The notes under the pieces are model-generated. The model made no database searches and was not told the origin of the DNA. It saw only the letters and a program-made list of their open reading frames with translations. Below, one piece after another: positions 16,996 through 25,907 of a stretch of 33,844 bases of DNA. Position numbers and translations under genes: made by a program. Each line of letters begins with the position of its first letter. The stretch's first letter is position 1. The stretch covers positions 1 to 33,844 of the forward strand of contig BQJH01000001.1 of assembly GCA_021604605.1 (NCBI GenBank). Reading direction: 5' to 3'. This DNA comes from Hyphococcus sp. GTDB taxonomy: Bacteria > Pseudomonadota > Alphaproteobacteria > Caulobacterales > Parvularculaceae.

Positions 16996-19900
16996 CTATT
17001 CTGCAGCGCGGGGAATGTCAGAGGCGGTCTGGCGTTGATGTTCGATGCCTATTTTTTCATTCGTGCTGCGTCGCGCTGAGAAACGCTTGCGCAAGACGGT
17101 TGGCGCGGCAAGCATAACCGGCGTCAGCAGCAGCGTTAGCAGCGTTGAAAAGGCAAGGCCATAAACGACAGCGGAAGACAACAGGACCCACCAGTCAGAT
17201 GTTGTCGAGCCTCTGGTGATTGTGCCGGCGCTAAAATTCAGACTAATCTCAAACACCATCGGCAACAGGCCAAGAATGGTTGTGGCGGTGGTTAAAAGGA
17301 CCGGCCGTGCACGTTGTGCGGCGGTTCTGATAACCGCGTCCTCAACGCTCAATCCTTTGCGGCGCAAATATTGATAGGTGTCGATCAGGACGATGTTGTT
17401 ATTCACAACAATCCCTGCGAGCGCGACAACGCCGACGCCGGTCATGATCACGCTGACATATTGTCCACTGAGCGCAATCCCCAAGAGCACACCGAACACC
17501 GACAAAATAACCGCGGATAATGTCAGGAGAGCGTGATAAAAGCTGTTGAATTCCAGAAGCAGGATCATTGCGATCACGAACATGGCGGCAGCCATAGCGC
17601 CCTGGAAGAAGGCTGCGGCGTCTGCAGTTTCTTCATCAGCCCCGCGCATTGTCCATTTGACATCGTCGCCAAGCGCACCGCTATCGAGCCATGCTTTCAT
17701 ATCTGCGATCGCCACATCCTGGCTGACGGTATGTCCATCAACTCTCGTATTACCGTTGGCGCGGACTTCGATGATCCGAATGCCGTTTCGGCGGACGATT
17801 TTGTCAACCTGTGGTTTTGGTTGGCGTGTAACAAAGTTCGACAAAGGAACCGAGCCCTGCGGCGTCTGCAAGCGAACCGCATCCAGCGCAAAGATGTTGC
17901 GACTCTTTTCAGGATAGCGGGCGCGGATATCAATTTCGTCATCCGCATCGTCCGGGCGGTATTTATCGATCAACAAACCATCGGTTACGAACTGCAGAAC
18001 GGCGCCCGCTTGTTGAACAGAAAGACCGTACTGACCAGCAAGGGTTCGATCCACTTCCATTGACCATTCAATGCCCGGTAAGGGCAACGTATCTTCCTGG
18101 TCCATGTAAGTATGCACATCCTGGCCATTGGCTGTGATCATTGCATTGTCTGTATAAGCGCGTACTTTTTTTGCAGCAGCGACCATGGCGTCAAAATTGG
18201 GCGATGAAATTTCAACTTGAACGTCCTTGCCGACGGGCGGTCCTCCTTCGCGTTGACGAACTTCAACGATAACGCCGGGAACGTCCTGAACAAGGTCGCG
18301 CAAGTCTTCCAAGACTAAATTGGAGTGTTCCCGCTCGGTGTAGTTCAACAAATCCACGCCGACCTGACCGATCGTCTCGGAAGGCATGTCATAGCTGCGC
18401 GTTAGAGCCGGGCCCGTTTGCAGGTAGATATGTTCAATCGCCGGATGATCTTCAATCCGGGCGGAAACGTCCTTCACGATTTCTATTTTCTGTGCTTCGG
18501 ATAAATTCCCGCGGCCCAGTACAATCAGATTGACCTGTTCGCTGTCATTGCGGATGAAGAATTCAACCTCTGGCGATGCAATCATAAATGATGTGATGCA
18601 AACGCCGATGAGCGCCACTGCGCTGGTCATAACGAGGACGGGCCGTCGCACTAACGCGGTCAAGAAACGGGAATAAGACGCAATAGGCCCATCGAGAGTG
18701 GTTGGATCAACTTCATCGACTTCGTATTTTTTTGTTGGGGTGTCGGTGCTTCCCTTGAGGTTGAATTTTTCTTTCATCCATTGCGGAATACCGAGCAGCG
18801 TGCCGATCACGGGCAGAAATATCAGGGCGACAACCAGTGAGGCCAGCAACACAAAGATCAGTGTTAAGGGCAAGAACTTCATGAACTGTCCGGGCATTGA
18901 CTGCCAAAACAGGAACGGCAGGAAGGCGGCGAGGGTAGTCGCGGTCGATGTTACGACAGGCCAGAACATGCGTTTAGACGCTTCTGAGTAAGCGGTTTGA
19001 CGCGCGGCGCCTTCGGCCATGCGCCGGTCAGCATATTCAACAATCACAATGGCCCCATCGACCAACATCCCAACAGACAGGATGAGCCCGAACATCACCA
19101 TCATATTCAATGTGTACCCAAACAGGGTCAGCATGAGAAAGCTGATCAAAAATGATGTCGGGATAGCAATGCCAACCATAATTGCTGAGCGCATGCCCAA
19201 GGCCGCGACAATTACGATCATCACCAACACAATGGCGGTCAGAATGGAGGCAGTCAGACCGGCAAGGTTGTCCTTTACGATGACGGACTGGTCGCTGAGA
19301 AACTCATACTTAATGGAGGACGGCCAGAACTTTGCTTCTTCCGCCACAGCCAGCCGCGCTTCATCGATGGTTTCGACGATGTTGGACCCCGCGCGTTTGG
19401 AAATTTCCAGTCCAATCGCCGGGCGGCCATTAAACAGCGCATATCCGGTGCGGTCTTTAAAGGTGCGGCGAACATCGGCCAGGTCGCCAATGGTGACAAT
19501 ATTATCGGCGTTGGCGCGAACAGGTATAGACATCAAGTCAGATGATGACTTGATCAGCCCTGGCGCTTTGACCGTAAACCGGGCGTCGTCGAGGTTGATA
19601 GCCCCAGCCGTAACAAGTTGATTGTTGGCGTTGACGGCATTGACAACTTCAAGCTCCGTGAGCCCGTAAGATTCTAGAACCTTTGGATCAATAATAACTT
19701 CCAGAAGTTCCTCGCGGGCGCCGGTCATGCGCGCCTCAAGAATACCGGAAATAGAATTTAGCCGATCTTCCAGCGATTTGGCTGTTTTAAATAATGTGCG
19801 TTCCGGAATGTCACCGTATAAAATGATCGTCAAAATCGGATACTGATTTTGAATATTGAATTCAGAAACGATCGGCTCTTCAGCGTTTGACGGGTATTCA

Positions 19901-20253
19901 GTTTTTGCGCGATCAACGGCTTCACGGACATCAAGTACGGCCTGATCGATGTCGACCGTCGTGAGAAACTCAATCGTGATCTGCGCGGCGCCATCATAAG
20001 CGAGCGAGTCAAATTGTTTGATGCCTTCGATACTCTGGATTTCTAATTCTGTCGGGCGCACGAGGAGGCGTTCACCATCTTCGGGCGAGATTCCAGGAAG
20101 GGGCAGCGTGATTGCGACAAACGGGGCCGGGATATCCGGTTCTGCTTCGCGGGGGATGGACTGATAAGACGAAAGTCCAAACACAATCATGACGATCAGC
20201 GCAGTCATCACGACGCGCATCCGCGAAAACGCGGCGTCGATTAGCCCTGTCAT
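16996..20253 (-). CDS. RND efflux transporter permease subunit (AcrB/AcrD/AcrF family)
   Basis: 1085 aa with RND topology; 'GMLVDGAIVIVE', 'GIVVNNNIVLID', 'RARPVLLTTATTILGLLP'. Confidence 0.94.
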   Translation of the reverse strand: MTGLIDAAFSRMRVVMTALIVMIVFGLSSYQSIPREAEPDIPAPFVAITLPLPGISPEDGERLLVRPTELEIQSIEGIKQFDSLAYDGAAQITIEFLTTVDIDQAVLDVREAVDRAKTEYPSNAEEPIVSEFNIQNQYPILTIILYGDIPERTLFKTAKSLEDRLNSISGILEARMTGAREELLEVIIDPKVLESYGLTELEVVNAVNANNQLVTAGAINLDDARFTVKAPGLIKSSSDLMSIPVRANADNIVTIGDLADVRRTFKDRTGYALFNGRPAIGLEISKRAGSNIVETIDEARLAVAEEAKFWPSSIKYEFLSDQSVIVKDNLAGLTASILTAIVLVMIVIVAALGMRSAIMVGIAIPTSFLISFLMLTLFGYTLNMMVMFGLILSVGMLVDGAIVIVEYADRRMAEGAARQTAYSEASKRMFWPVVTSTATTLAAFLPFLFWQSMPGQFMKFLPLTLIFVLLASLVVALIFLPVIGTLLGIPQWMKEKFNLKGSTDTPTKKYEVDEVDPTTLDGPIASYSRFLTALVRRPVLVMTSAVALIGVCITSFMIASPEVEFFIRNDSEQVNLIVLGRGNLSEAQKIEIVKDVSARIEDHPAIEHIYLQTGPALTRSYDMPSETIGQVGVDLLNYTEREHSNLVLEDLRDLVQDVPGVIVEVRQREGGPPVGKDVQVEISSPNFDAMVAAAKKVRAYTDNAMITANGQDVHTYMDQEDTLPLPGIEWSMEVDRTLAGQYGLSVQQAGAVLQFVTDGLLIDKYRPDDADDEIDIRARYPEKSRNIFALDAVRLQTPQGSVPLSNFVTRQPKPQVDKIVRRNGIRIIEVRANGNTRVDGHTVSQDVAIADMKAWLDSGALGDDVKWTMRGADEETADAAAFFQGAMAAAMFVIAMILLLEFNSFYHALLTLSAVILSVFGVLLGIALSGQYVSVIMTGVGVVALAGIVVNNNIVLIDTYQYLRRKGLSVEDAVIRTAAQRARPVLLTTATTILGLLPMVFEISLNFSAGTITRGSTTSDWWVLLSSAVVYGLAFSTLLTLLLTPVMLAAPTVLRKRFSARRSTNEKIGIEHQRQTASDIPRAAE

Positions 20254-21341
20254 GGTGTTGCGCCCGCGCCGGCTTGGCTGGCGGCCTCGCTCACTGTCAC
20301 GGACTGGACAATATCCCCGGCGGTGACGAAGTTTTGACCGCGTACAATTAAATCAACGTCGCCAGATAAGCCAGAAATCCAAATGCCTTCAGGGCTCTCA
20401 CCCAGTAATTGCACTTCATGAAAGCGCACAACATTTTCGGCGTTGATTGAACGAAATCCGATTTCTCCCGCATCGCCCAGGATAAGGGCTGAATGGGGAA
20501 CCAGATAGGCAGTGCGCTGTTTTGCGAAAATCTTGAACTCGGCCGTGACGCCGTCGCGGATAAGGCCGTGCTGATTGTCTATTTCCAGCTCAACCGTGAA
20601 TGTGCGCGTCTGTGGATCGGCTGATGAACCAATAAGGCTGACCACGCCTTCAACTTCTTCGCCCGTGGCGAGGAGCGCAACGCCGCGGTCACCCACTGAT
20701 ATTTTAGCCACTTCTTTTTCAGCGACAGCGCCAACAACCAGAAATGGTGATTGCTGAATTAATACGCCGCAAGGATCTCCGATTGCCATGAAGTCGCCGA
20801 TTTCGACGGCGCGGCTATCAAAGACGCCGTCAAACGGGGCGGCAATTTTGGTCTTTGCCAATTCAATTTCAGCGCGTTCGAGGTTGGCGGTAGCGAGGTC
20901 GCGCGCTGCCTTGGCGGCGGCGACTGCGGATTTTGATCGAAATCCATCTGTGTTTAATTTTACGGCGGCGTCATAATCAAGTTGGGCTTTTGCAAGTGAC
21001 GCCCGCGCTTCAGCGCGCTGGGCGTTGCGCGCATCAACTTCGATCTGGCATAAGCTTGCGCCTTTTTTGACCAACGCCCCTTCGATCGCGGGCGTCTCAG
21101 CGACGACACCAGCAGTTTCTGCCCGAACCATGACTTTGCGTTTCGCGGCGGTGCGCCCGCGCACGATAACTTCGGCCTGCCATTCCTTTGGAGAATAGGT
21201 CTCGGTCACAACGGTAAATTGTGCTTCCGCTGCGTCCTCAATGCTTTCGCCGCCCGCAGAGAAAACACCGCGAAGTGCGAAATAGGCGACCAGGACTGCA
21301 ACGAACAGTCCGGCAATTTTAACTGACTGTGAAACCTTCAT
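20250..21341 (-). CDS. RND efflux periplasmic adaptor (membrane fusion protein)
   Basis: N-terminal TM, lipoyl halves ('V.AETAGVV', 'IAAPFDGV'), alpha-hairpin, 'DPQTRTF.VE'; overlaps the permease start. ATG 21341, or GTG 21353. Confidence 0.92.
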   Translation of the reverse strand: MKVSQSVKIAGLFVAVLVAYFALRGVFSAGGESIEDAAEAQFTVVTETYSPKEWQAEVIVRGRTAAKRKVMVRAETAGVVAETPAIEGALVKKGASLCQIEVDARNAQRAEARASLAKAQLDYDAAVKLNTDGFRSKSAVAAAKAARDLATANLERAEIELAKTKIAAPFDGVFDSRAVEIGDFMAIGDPCGVLIQQSPFLVVGAVAEKEVAKISVGDRGVALLATGEEVEGVVSLIGSSADPQTRTFTVELEIDNQHGLIRDGVTAEFKIFAKQRTAYLVPHSALILGDAGEIGFRSINAENVVRFHEVQLLGESPEGIWISGLSGDVDLIVRGQNFVTAGDIVQSVTVSEAASQAGAGATP

Positions 21342-21560
21342 AAACGCCCACAAGAACTTGAAGGGATATTATTAAACTAAAACAATATCTATATCGTGAA
21401 TAAACAACGGCTAACGCCATTCTTATACTGGTAAGTTTACCGGCAGGTTCAAGCCGTGGAACTGCTATTGTTAAGATTTAAGCAGGTAAAATGAACACTT
21501 CACGCACAAGATGCGGTGTTAGGCCGTTTCAATGGAAGATTTATCGCGATTGACGGTACT

Positions 21561-22391
21561 TTAGTAGTATTGATTGGGCATCAAGGCGCTTGGCGACTTG
21601 TTGAGGACGGTCCCGATCACATTGGTTTTGCCGAGGATACGTCTTGCTTCCTTTAATTCTGGCACCCGGGTCTGACCGCTGGCGGCGATCAAAAGGACGC
21701 AATCCACTTTTGGCAGGAATGCAATTGTATCGTCACAACCGAGTATTGGCGACATATCAAAAATCACCACGCGAGATTGATAATCGGTGGTTGCCGTCTG
21801 GATCAGCCTGTCAGCATGGCCGGAGGTTAAAAACTCAGCGCCTTGGCGCGTGACCCGCTCATTTGGCATCACCAGGAGATTGGGCACGCCCATCCGAACC
21901 GTGACGTCATCTAGGTTTTTCTTGCTTTCAAAATAATCAAGAACGGAAGGAAATTCTGACATGCCCAGATACCGGGCGATGCTTGGCCGATAAAAATCAA
22001 GATCCGCCAGCACTGGATTGATCCCCGCTTTGGAGCTCATGGCGATGGCGAGATTAATCGCGGTTACTGTTTTACCCGCGCCGGAGCCCGGCGAAACAAC
22101 AGCAAGTGTCTTCCATCCAGACTTTTCCATTTTTTGCAGGACACGCGTCCGCAAAACTCTGTAAGCGTTTAAAACAGGATCTTGCTCGTTAGAAATAATC
22201 CTGTGTTCGCCAAAATTTTCAAAGTTACATTCAATGAGAGGAAACCGCTCCGACGCCGCATTGAGTGACTGATCAGATTGCTGGACGACTTTGGGTGCGG
22301 CTTTGCGTAACGCCGGATGCGTCGTCGCCGTTTTGGCGTCGCCGTTATTTCCAGTGCGTGCGCGTGTTACCGCTTGCCTGATCCGATCCAT
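21561..22391 (-). CDS. CpsD/CapB family bacterial tyrosine (BY) kinase for polysaccharide export
   Basis: 'AYRVLRT', Walker A 'SPGSGAGKT', Walker A' 'LADLDFYRP', Walker B 'VIFDMSP', 'GTVLNK', C-terminal YY. Confidence 0.9.
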   Translation of the reverse strand: MDRIRQAVTRARTGNNGDAKTATTHPALRKAAPKVVQQSDQSLNAASERFPLIECNFENFGEHRIISNEQDPVLNAYRVLRTRVLQKMEKSGWKTLAVVSPGSGAGKTVTAINLAIAMSSKAGINPVLADLDFYRPSIARYLGMSEFPSVLDYFESKKNLDDVTVRMGVPNLLVMPNERVTRQGAEFLTSGHADRLIQTATTDYQSRVVIFDMSPILGCDDTIAFLPKVDCVLLIAASGQTRVPELKEARRILGKTNVIGTVLNKSPSALMPNQYY

Positions 22392-22419
22392 TTATAAAAA
22401 CCTCAGTACTATTTTAAAC

Positions 22420-24036
22420 TCACACAGGGTCCGGTACCGGCCCGCTGGAGTGACCGCGTTTACCAAAACGCATTCTTCTTGATTTTTTCTTATTCGGCCC
22501 CTGAATGTAGGGAATAACGGCAATGGGATGCTCTTCAGTGATATTGGAGATATGCGTCCGGCCGCGCACTGTTGAGAAAACTAACTCCGCCGCGAAGGCC
22601 ACTGCGGCGCCTGCGCCAAGGGCGGCAAATATTGCCAGAACGCTGAGTTTACCACGATCCGGGCTGGTTGGTTCTTCAGGGCGCAAGGCGGGCTCCAGAA
22701 TAGAGAATTTTTCAGCCTGCTGGTTTTCTTCAAGGTTTTCAGCAAGCTGGGCCGCCTGTTGTTTTGACCTGATCGCCTGATACTCGGCGAATAGATTATC
22801 ATAATCGCGGGTCAGCGCGGCGAGGTCGCGTTCAACGGCGGGGGTTTTGCCAATACGTTCTTCATAATTCTTGATTTGCAGCTTCAGCTTTTCAGTATCG
22901 CGGTTGAGCATGCGAATTCGGTTGTCGATAACCGCAAGACGCCCTTCTATCTGAACACCGGCAATATCAGTCGAACCCTGACGGCTTTCATTCGCAATTT
23001 TGTCGCTCAGTGCTGTTCGTGCAATTTCAACGTCTTGTTCTGCTTTGGTGATTGCTTCCGGGTCAACCGGATCAAGGCGCTCCGCTGCTGTGAGGGCAAT
23101 TTCGGCTTGCCTCAGACCGCTGCGCAGGCGCTGGATTTCAGCGCTTGGCGCCATTTGCTGTTTAATGGCTCTGATCTCGTCCCGTTTTGCGACGACTTCA
23201 GGATATCCATCGCGATATGTTGCGCGCAACCTTGCGAGTTCAGACTCTAAGCGTCGCAGCTCCTGTGACAGACCATCTTCTGCATTCCCGCCAGCGACAA
23301 GTTGTGTTTCCAGAAAACGCTTTTCTTCTTCAAGCGTATTGATGGATTGGCTGGCGGAGTTGAGTTCTCGCGTTGTACGCTCGAGCATATCAAGATGCAT
23401 GTTCAGGTGTTCGGGTAGGGCATCTGAATTGGCGACTTTAAAATCTGAGATGCGCGTTTCGATGTCAGCAACCAGGGTTCTTAGTTTGGCGGCTTCCTGC
23501 TCAAAAAACTCAGTCGTGTTCGAAGCGCCAGCTGTCCGTGTGCGAACGTCTTCGCTGAGAAAGAGCGTAATGAATTCATTTGCAACAAGATAGGCTTTTG
23601 ATGGGTCCTCATCGCTGTAAGCAACGGTGAAAGCGATCGTACCGTCCTTGGGGGATCGTCTGTTGCCCGCGATTGTGATCAACGACACATTCAGGTTCTG
23701 GCGCATTATTGATACGCGCTCACTCTCCGACAAGCGGCTTGATGACGAGAAGACGGAATACTTATCGGCGACCTGCAAAAGACGATTGTGGGTCATAACC
23801 CGCTGGCGGATCGTCTGGATGCGTTCCTGAGCGTAAGCGTTGACCGTAGAACGAATAAGGTCCGTTGGAATCTGCTGGGATTCTACGAGGATTGTTCCTT
23901 TGGCCTCATATTTCGCTGGCAGCATCATCACGATGCCTAAGCCGATAGGCGCTATCAAGATGACCGGAATGATGAAATACAAAATCCGGCGCTGTAGAAT
24001 GATTAAAACATCTTCTAGTGAAAATTCATCACCCAT
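22420..24036 (-). CDS. Polysaccharide chain-length determinant / co-polymerase (GumC/Wzc N-terminal part, exosortase-system type)
   Basis: Two TM segments flanking a long coiled coil; 'ILVESQQIP', 'LTRDY', 'EKFSILEPALRPEEPTSPDR'. SD AGGAAG before ATG 24036. Confidence 0.9.
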   Translation of the reverse strand: MGDEFSLEDVLIILQRRILYFIIPVILIAPIGLGIVMMLPAKYEAKGTILVESQQIPTDLIRSTVNAYAQERIQTIRQRVMTHNRLLQVADKYSVFSSSSRLSESERVSIMRQNLNVSLITIAGNRRSPKDGTIAFTVAYSDEDPSKAYLVANEFITLFLSEDVRTRTAGASNTTEFFEQEAAKLRTLVADIETRISDFKVANSDALPEHLNMHLDMLERTTRELNSASQSINTLEEEKRFLETQLVAGGNAEDGLSQELRRLESELARLRATYRDGYPEVVAKRDEIRAIKQQMAPSAEIQRLRSGLRQAEIALTAAERLDPVDPEAITKAEQDVEIARTALSDKIANESRQGSTDIAGVQIEGRLAVIDNRIRMLNRDTEKLKLQIKNYEERIGKTPAVERDLAALTRDYDNLFAEYQAIRSKQQAAQLAENLEENQQAEKFSILEPALRPEEPTSPDRGKLSVLAIFAALGAGAAVAFAAELVFSTVRGRTHISNITEEHPIAVIPYIQGPNKKKSRRMRFGKRGHSSGPVPDPV

Positions 24037-24127
24037 CGTATTTCTTCCTGCGCCGTCCAGGCGTTTGTTATTCAACTACTTAGGCGCTCTTATCCGCCTT
24101 TGGAGCGCTCTATTGCAAGCCTTCAAA

Positions 24128-24143
24128 TGCAAGCCTTGAGCCG
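24128..24143 (-). promoter_or_regulatory. Putative sigma54 (-24/-12) promoter of the chain-length/kinase operon
   Basis: Minus strand reads CGGCTCAAGGCTTGCA: GG-N10-GC with TTGCA, about 90 nt upstream of ATG 24036. Confidence 0.6.
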
Positions 24144-24493
24144 GATTTCGCCTTGCTCAAGAGTGCGTCTTAACCAAATAAGATTAAGTAAACCCTTTGC
24201 ACGGTCTGAACGCGTTTTTTTAGTCTTTTCGCGAGTGCAGCATCAAGGCCTGTTCCTTCAAATTAGCCTCATGACCCAACATTTGTGCGGAAATATGGCG
24301 CGTACAGGGTCAAATTAGCCGGACATGGTGCTCATGGTCTTATTTATTAAAGATATTACAAATAGTTAGATGCATTTTTCGCGATTATATTAACACAAAA
24401 AGCAGTGTAAAAATTTCTCTCAGCCGGAAATGTGGGGCCGTTATTGCCTTTAGAAGGGGCGGCCTTGGTGAGAATGGTAAACAGACGCTACAA

Positions 24494-24510
24494 CTGGCCC
24501 ATGCCTTGCT
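24494..24510 (+). promoter_or_regulatory. Putative sigma54 (-24/-12) promoter of the glycosyltransferase/TPR/ATPase operon
   Basis: CTGGCCCATGCCTTGCT: TGGC-N7-TTGCT with exact GG-N10-GC spacing, about 100 nt before ATG 24612. Confidence 0.72.
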
Positions 24511-24611
24511 CATCATAATGCTGATAAAGGGGCCCAAAACGATCACGATGCTTTTCGTGTCAATCCGGAACGGCGGGCCTTGAATTACGGAAGACGGCAA
24601 GCGCCCACAGG

Positions 24612-25862
24612 ATGCAGAAATTAATGATTGAAGCAAAAGCCAGTGAAAATTTTACCCCGGCTCCTGATGACGGGGCGGCCCAGGACCGCCAACACGGCCG
24701 ATCGGTGAGCGCGGCGTCATTTTCTGCACGTGATGATTTTGATCGGGATGTCTGGTGCTTGATGGGACTGCCGGTCGATGCGGCGGATATTAATCGTGCG
24801 GTGGCTGAAATTGACGCATCTGTGCGGGATCAGAAAAAGCTTTCCTTTGTGACGCCGAATGTGAACTGGATGGTCAGCGCTTTGCGTGATCCAGAGGTCC
24901 GCCAGGAAATACTCGACGCCGATATGAGCTTTGTGGATGGGGCCCCGTTGGTCATGATGGCCAAAATGCTCGGCGTACCCGTTCGTTCGCGTGTAGCCGG
25001 GTCCGATATTTTTGAGGCGCTGCGTCGCCGGCCCGCCTTTGCCGGGCGCCCGTTACGGGTGTTTTTCTTTGGTGGGCGTGATGGGGCGGCAGAAAAAGCT
25101 GTGGCCGCGCTTGAGCAGGAACATGGCGGGGTTACTGCGGCTGGCTATCATAATCCGGGCTTTGGAGATGTCGCCAGCATGAGCACGCCGGAGATCATTT
25201 CAAAGATTAACGGGGCGAAACCGGATTTTGTTCTGGTCGCTCTTGGCGCCCGTAAAGGCCAAGCCTGGATTGACCAGAATAAAGAGCGCCTTGACGCGCC
25301 CGTGACCGCGCATTTAGGGGCTGTTATCGATTTTGCCGCCGGGGCTATCCAGCGGGCGCCGACATGGGTCCAAAAGGCCGGTTTTGAATGGGCGTGGCGC
25401 ATCAAGGAAGAGCCAAGCCTTTGGAAGCGGTACCTGAAGGATGGCGTCAGTCTGGCTGGCGCGCTTGTGAGCCGATTGGCGCCGCAGTTGATCGCTAGGA
25501 CAGGACGAGCATCGGGGCGTGAGGCTGTGGTCAATTCCATTAACAACGCCAGCGAAACCTTCATCGAATTATCCGGTGATTTGACGCGAGTGTCACTTTC
25601 TACTGTGCGCCCGGTTTTGCGCATGGCTGCAGAGCGTAAGTTAGATGTGGTGCTGGATTTATCGAATGTTGAGTATTTTGACCGAGCATTCCTTGGTCTC
25701 GTTTTGATGTTGGAAAAACATGTCGCCAGAAGCGGGCGAACGCTTTACGTAAACGGAGCCAATGCTGGGCAAAAAGCTGTTTTTCGAGCAAATGCCATGG
25801 GGTATCCCTCTTATGAGGGCATTACAGAAGATGAGCAGGATCTTAATACCGCCGCAATATAA
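24612..25862 (+). CDS. WecB/TagA/CpsF family glycosyltransferase fused to a C-terminal STAS domain
   Basis: 'FVTPNV', 'VDGAP', 'RVAGSD', 'VALGARKG', 'GAVIDF.AG...RAP.W....GFEWAWR..EEP.LWKRY'; from about aa 317 'IELSGDL...VVLDLSNVEYFD..FLG.V' is STAS-like. Start may be 24612 or 24624. Confidence 0.88.
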   Translation: MQKLMIEAKASENFTPAPDDGAAQDRQHGRSVSAASFSARDDFDRDVWCLMGLPVDAADINRAVAEIDASVRDQKKLSFVTPNVNWMVSALRDPEVRQEILDADMSFVDGAPLVMMAKMLGVPVRSRVAGSDIFEALRRRPAFAGRPLRVFFFGGRDGAAEKAVAALEQEHGGVTAAGYHNPGFGDVASMSTPEIISKINGAKPDFVLVALGARKGQAWIDQNKERLDAPVTAHLGAVIDFAAGAIQRAPTWVQKAGFEWAWRIKEEPSLWKRYLKDGVSLAGALVSRLAPQLIARTGRASGREAVVNSINNASETFIELSGDLTRVSLSTVRPVLRMAAERKLDVVLDLSNVEYFDRAFLGLVLMLEKHVARSGRTLYVNGANAGQKAVFRANAMGYPSYEGITEDEQDLNTAAI

Positions 25863-25907
25863 CCGAATGAACTGAATGACTATCGTTGTTGGAATAGGGT
25901 GAATTAC

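Noticed and set aside
17314-19621. Several long plus-strand ORFs (176, 123 and 200 aa) inside the RND permease
   Set aside because: Antisense shadows with Ser/Thr/Arg-rich, non-protein-like composition, typical of the reverse frames of a membrane protein gene.
21400-21415. ATAA-N7-CTAAC, a possible CtrA box upstream of the RND adaptor; a similar weak match lies at 24178-24193
   Set aside because: Two mismatches each in AT-rich DNA; not distinguishable from chance.
23000-23593. 197-aa ORF antisense to the chain-length gene
   Set aside because: Ser/Arg-rich mirror of a coiled-coil coding region; no independent evidence.
24100-24636. Small ORFs in the divergent EPS intergenic region
   Set aside because: They overlap the predicted promoters, lack a clear RBS and have no protein features.
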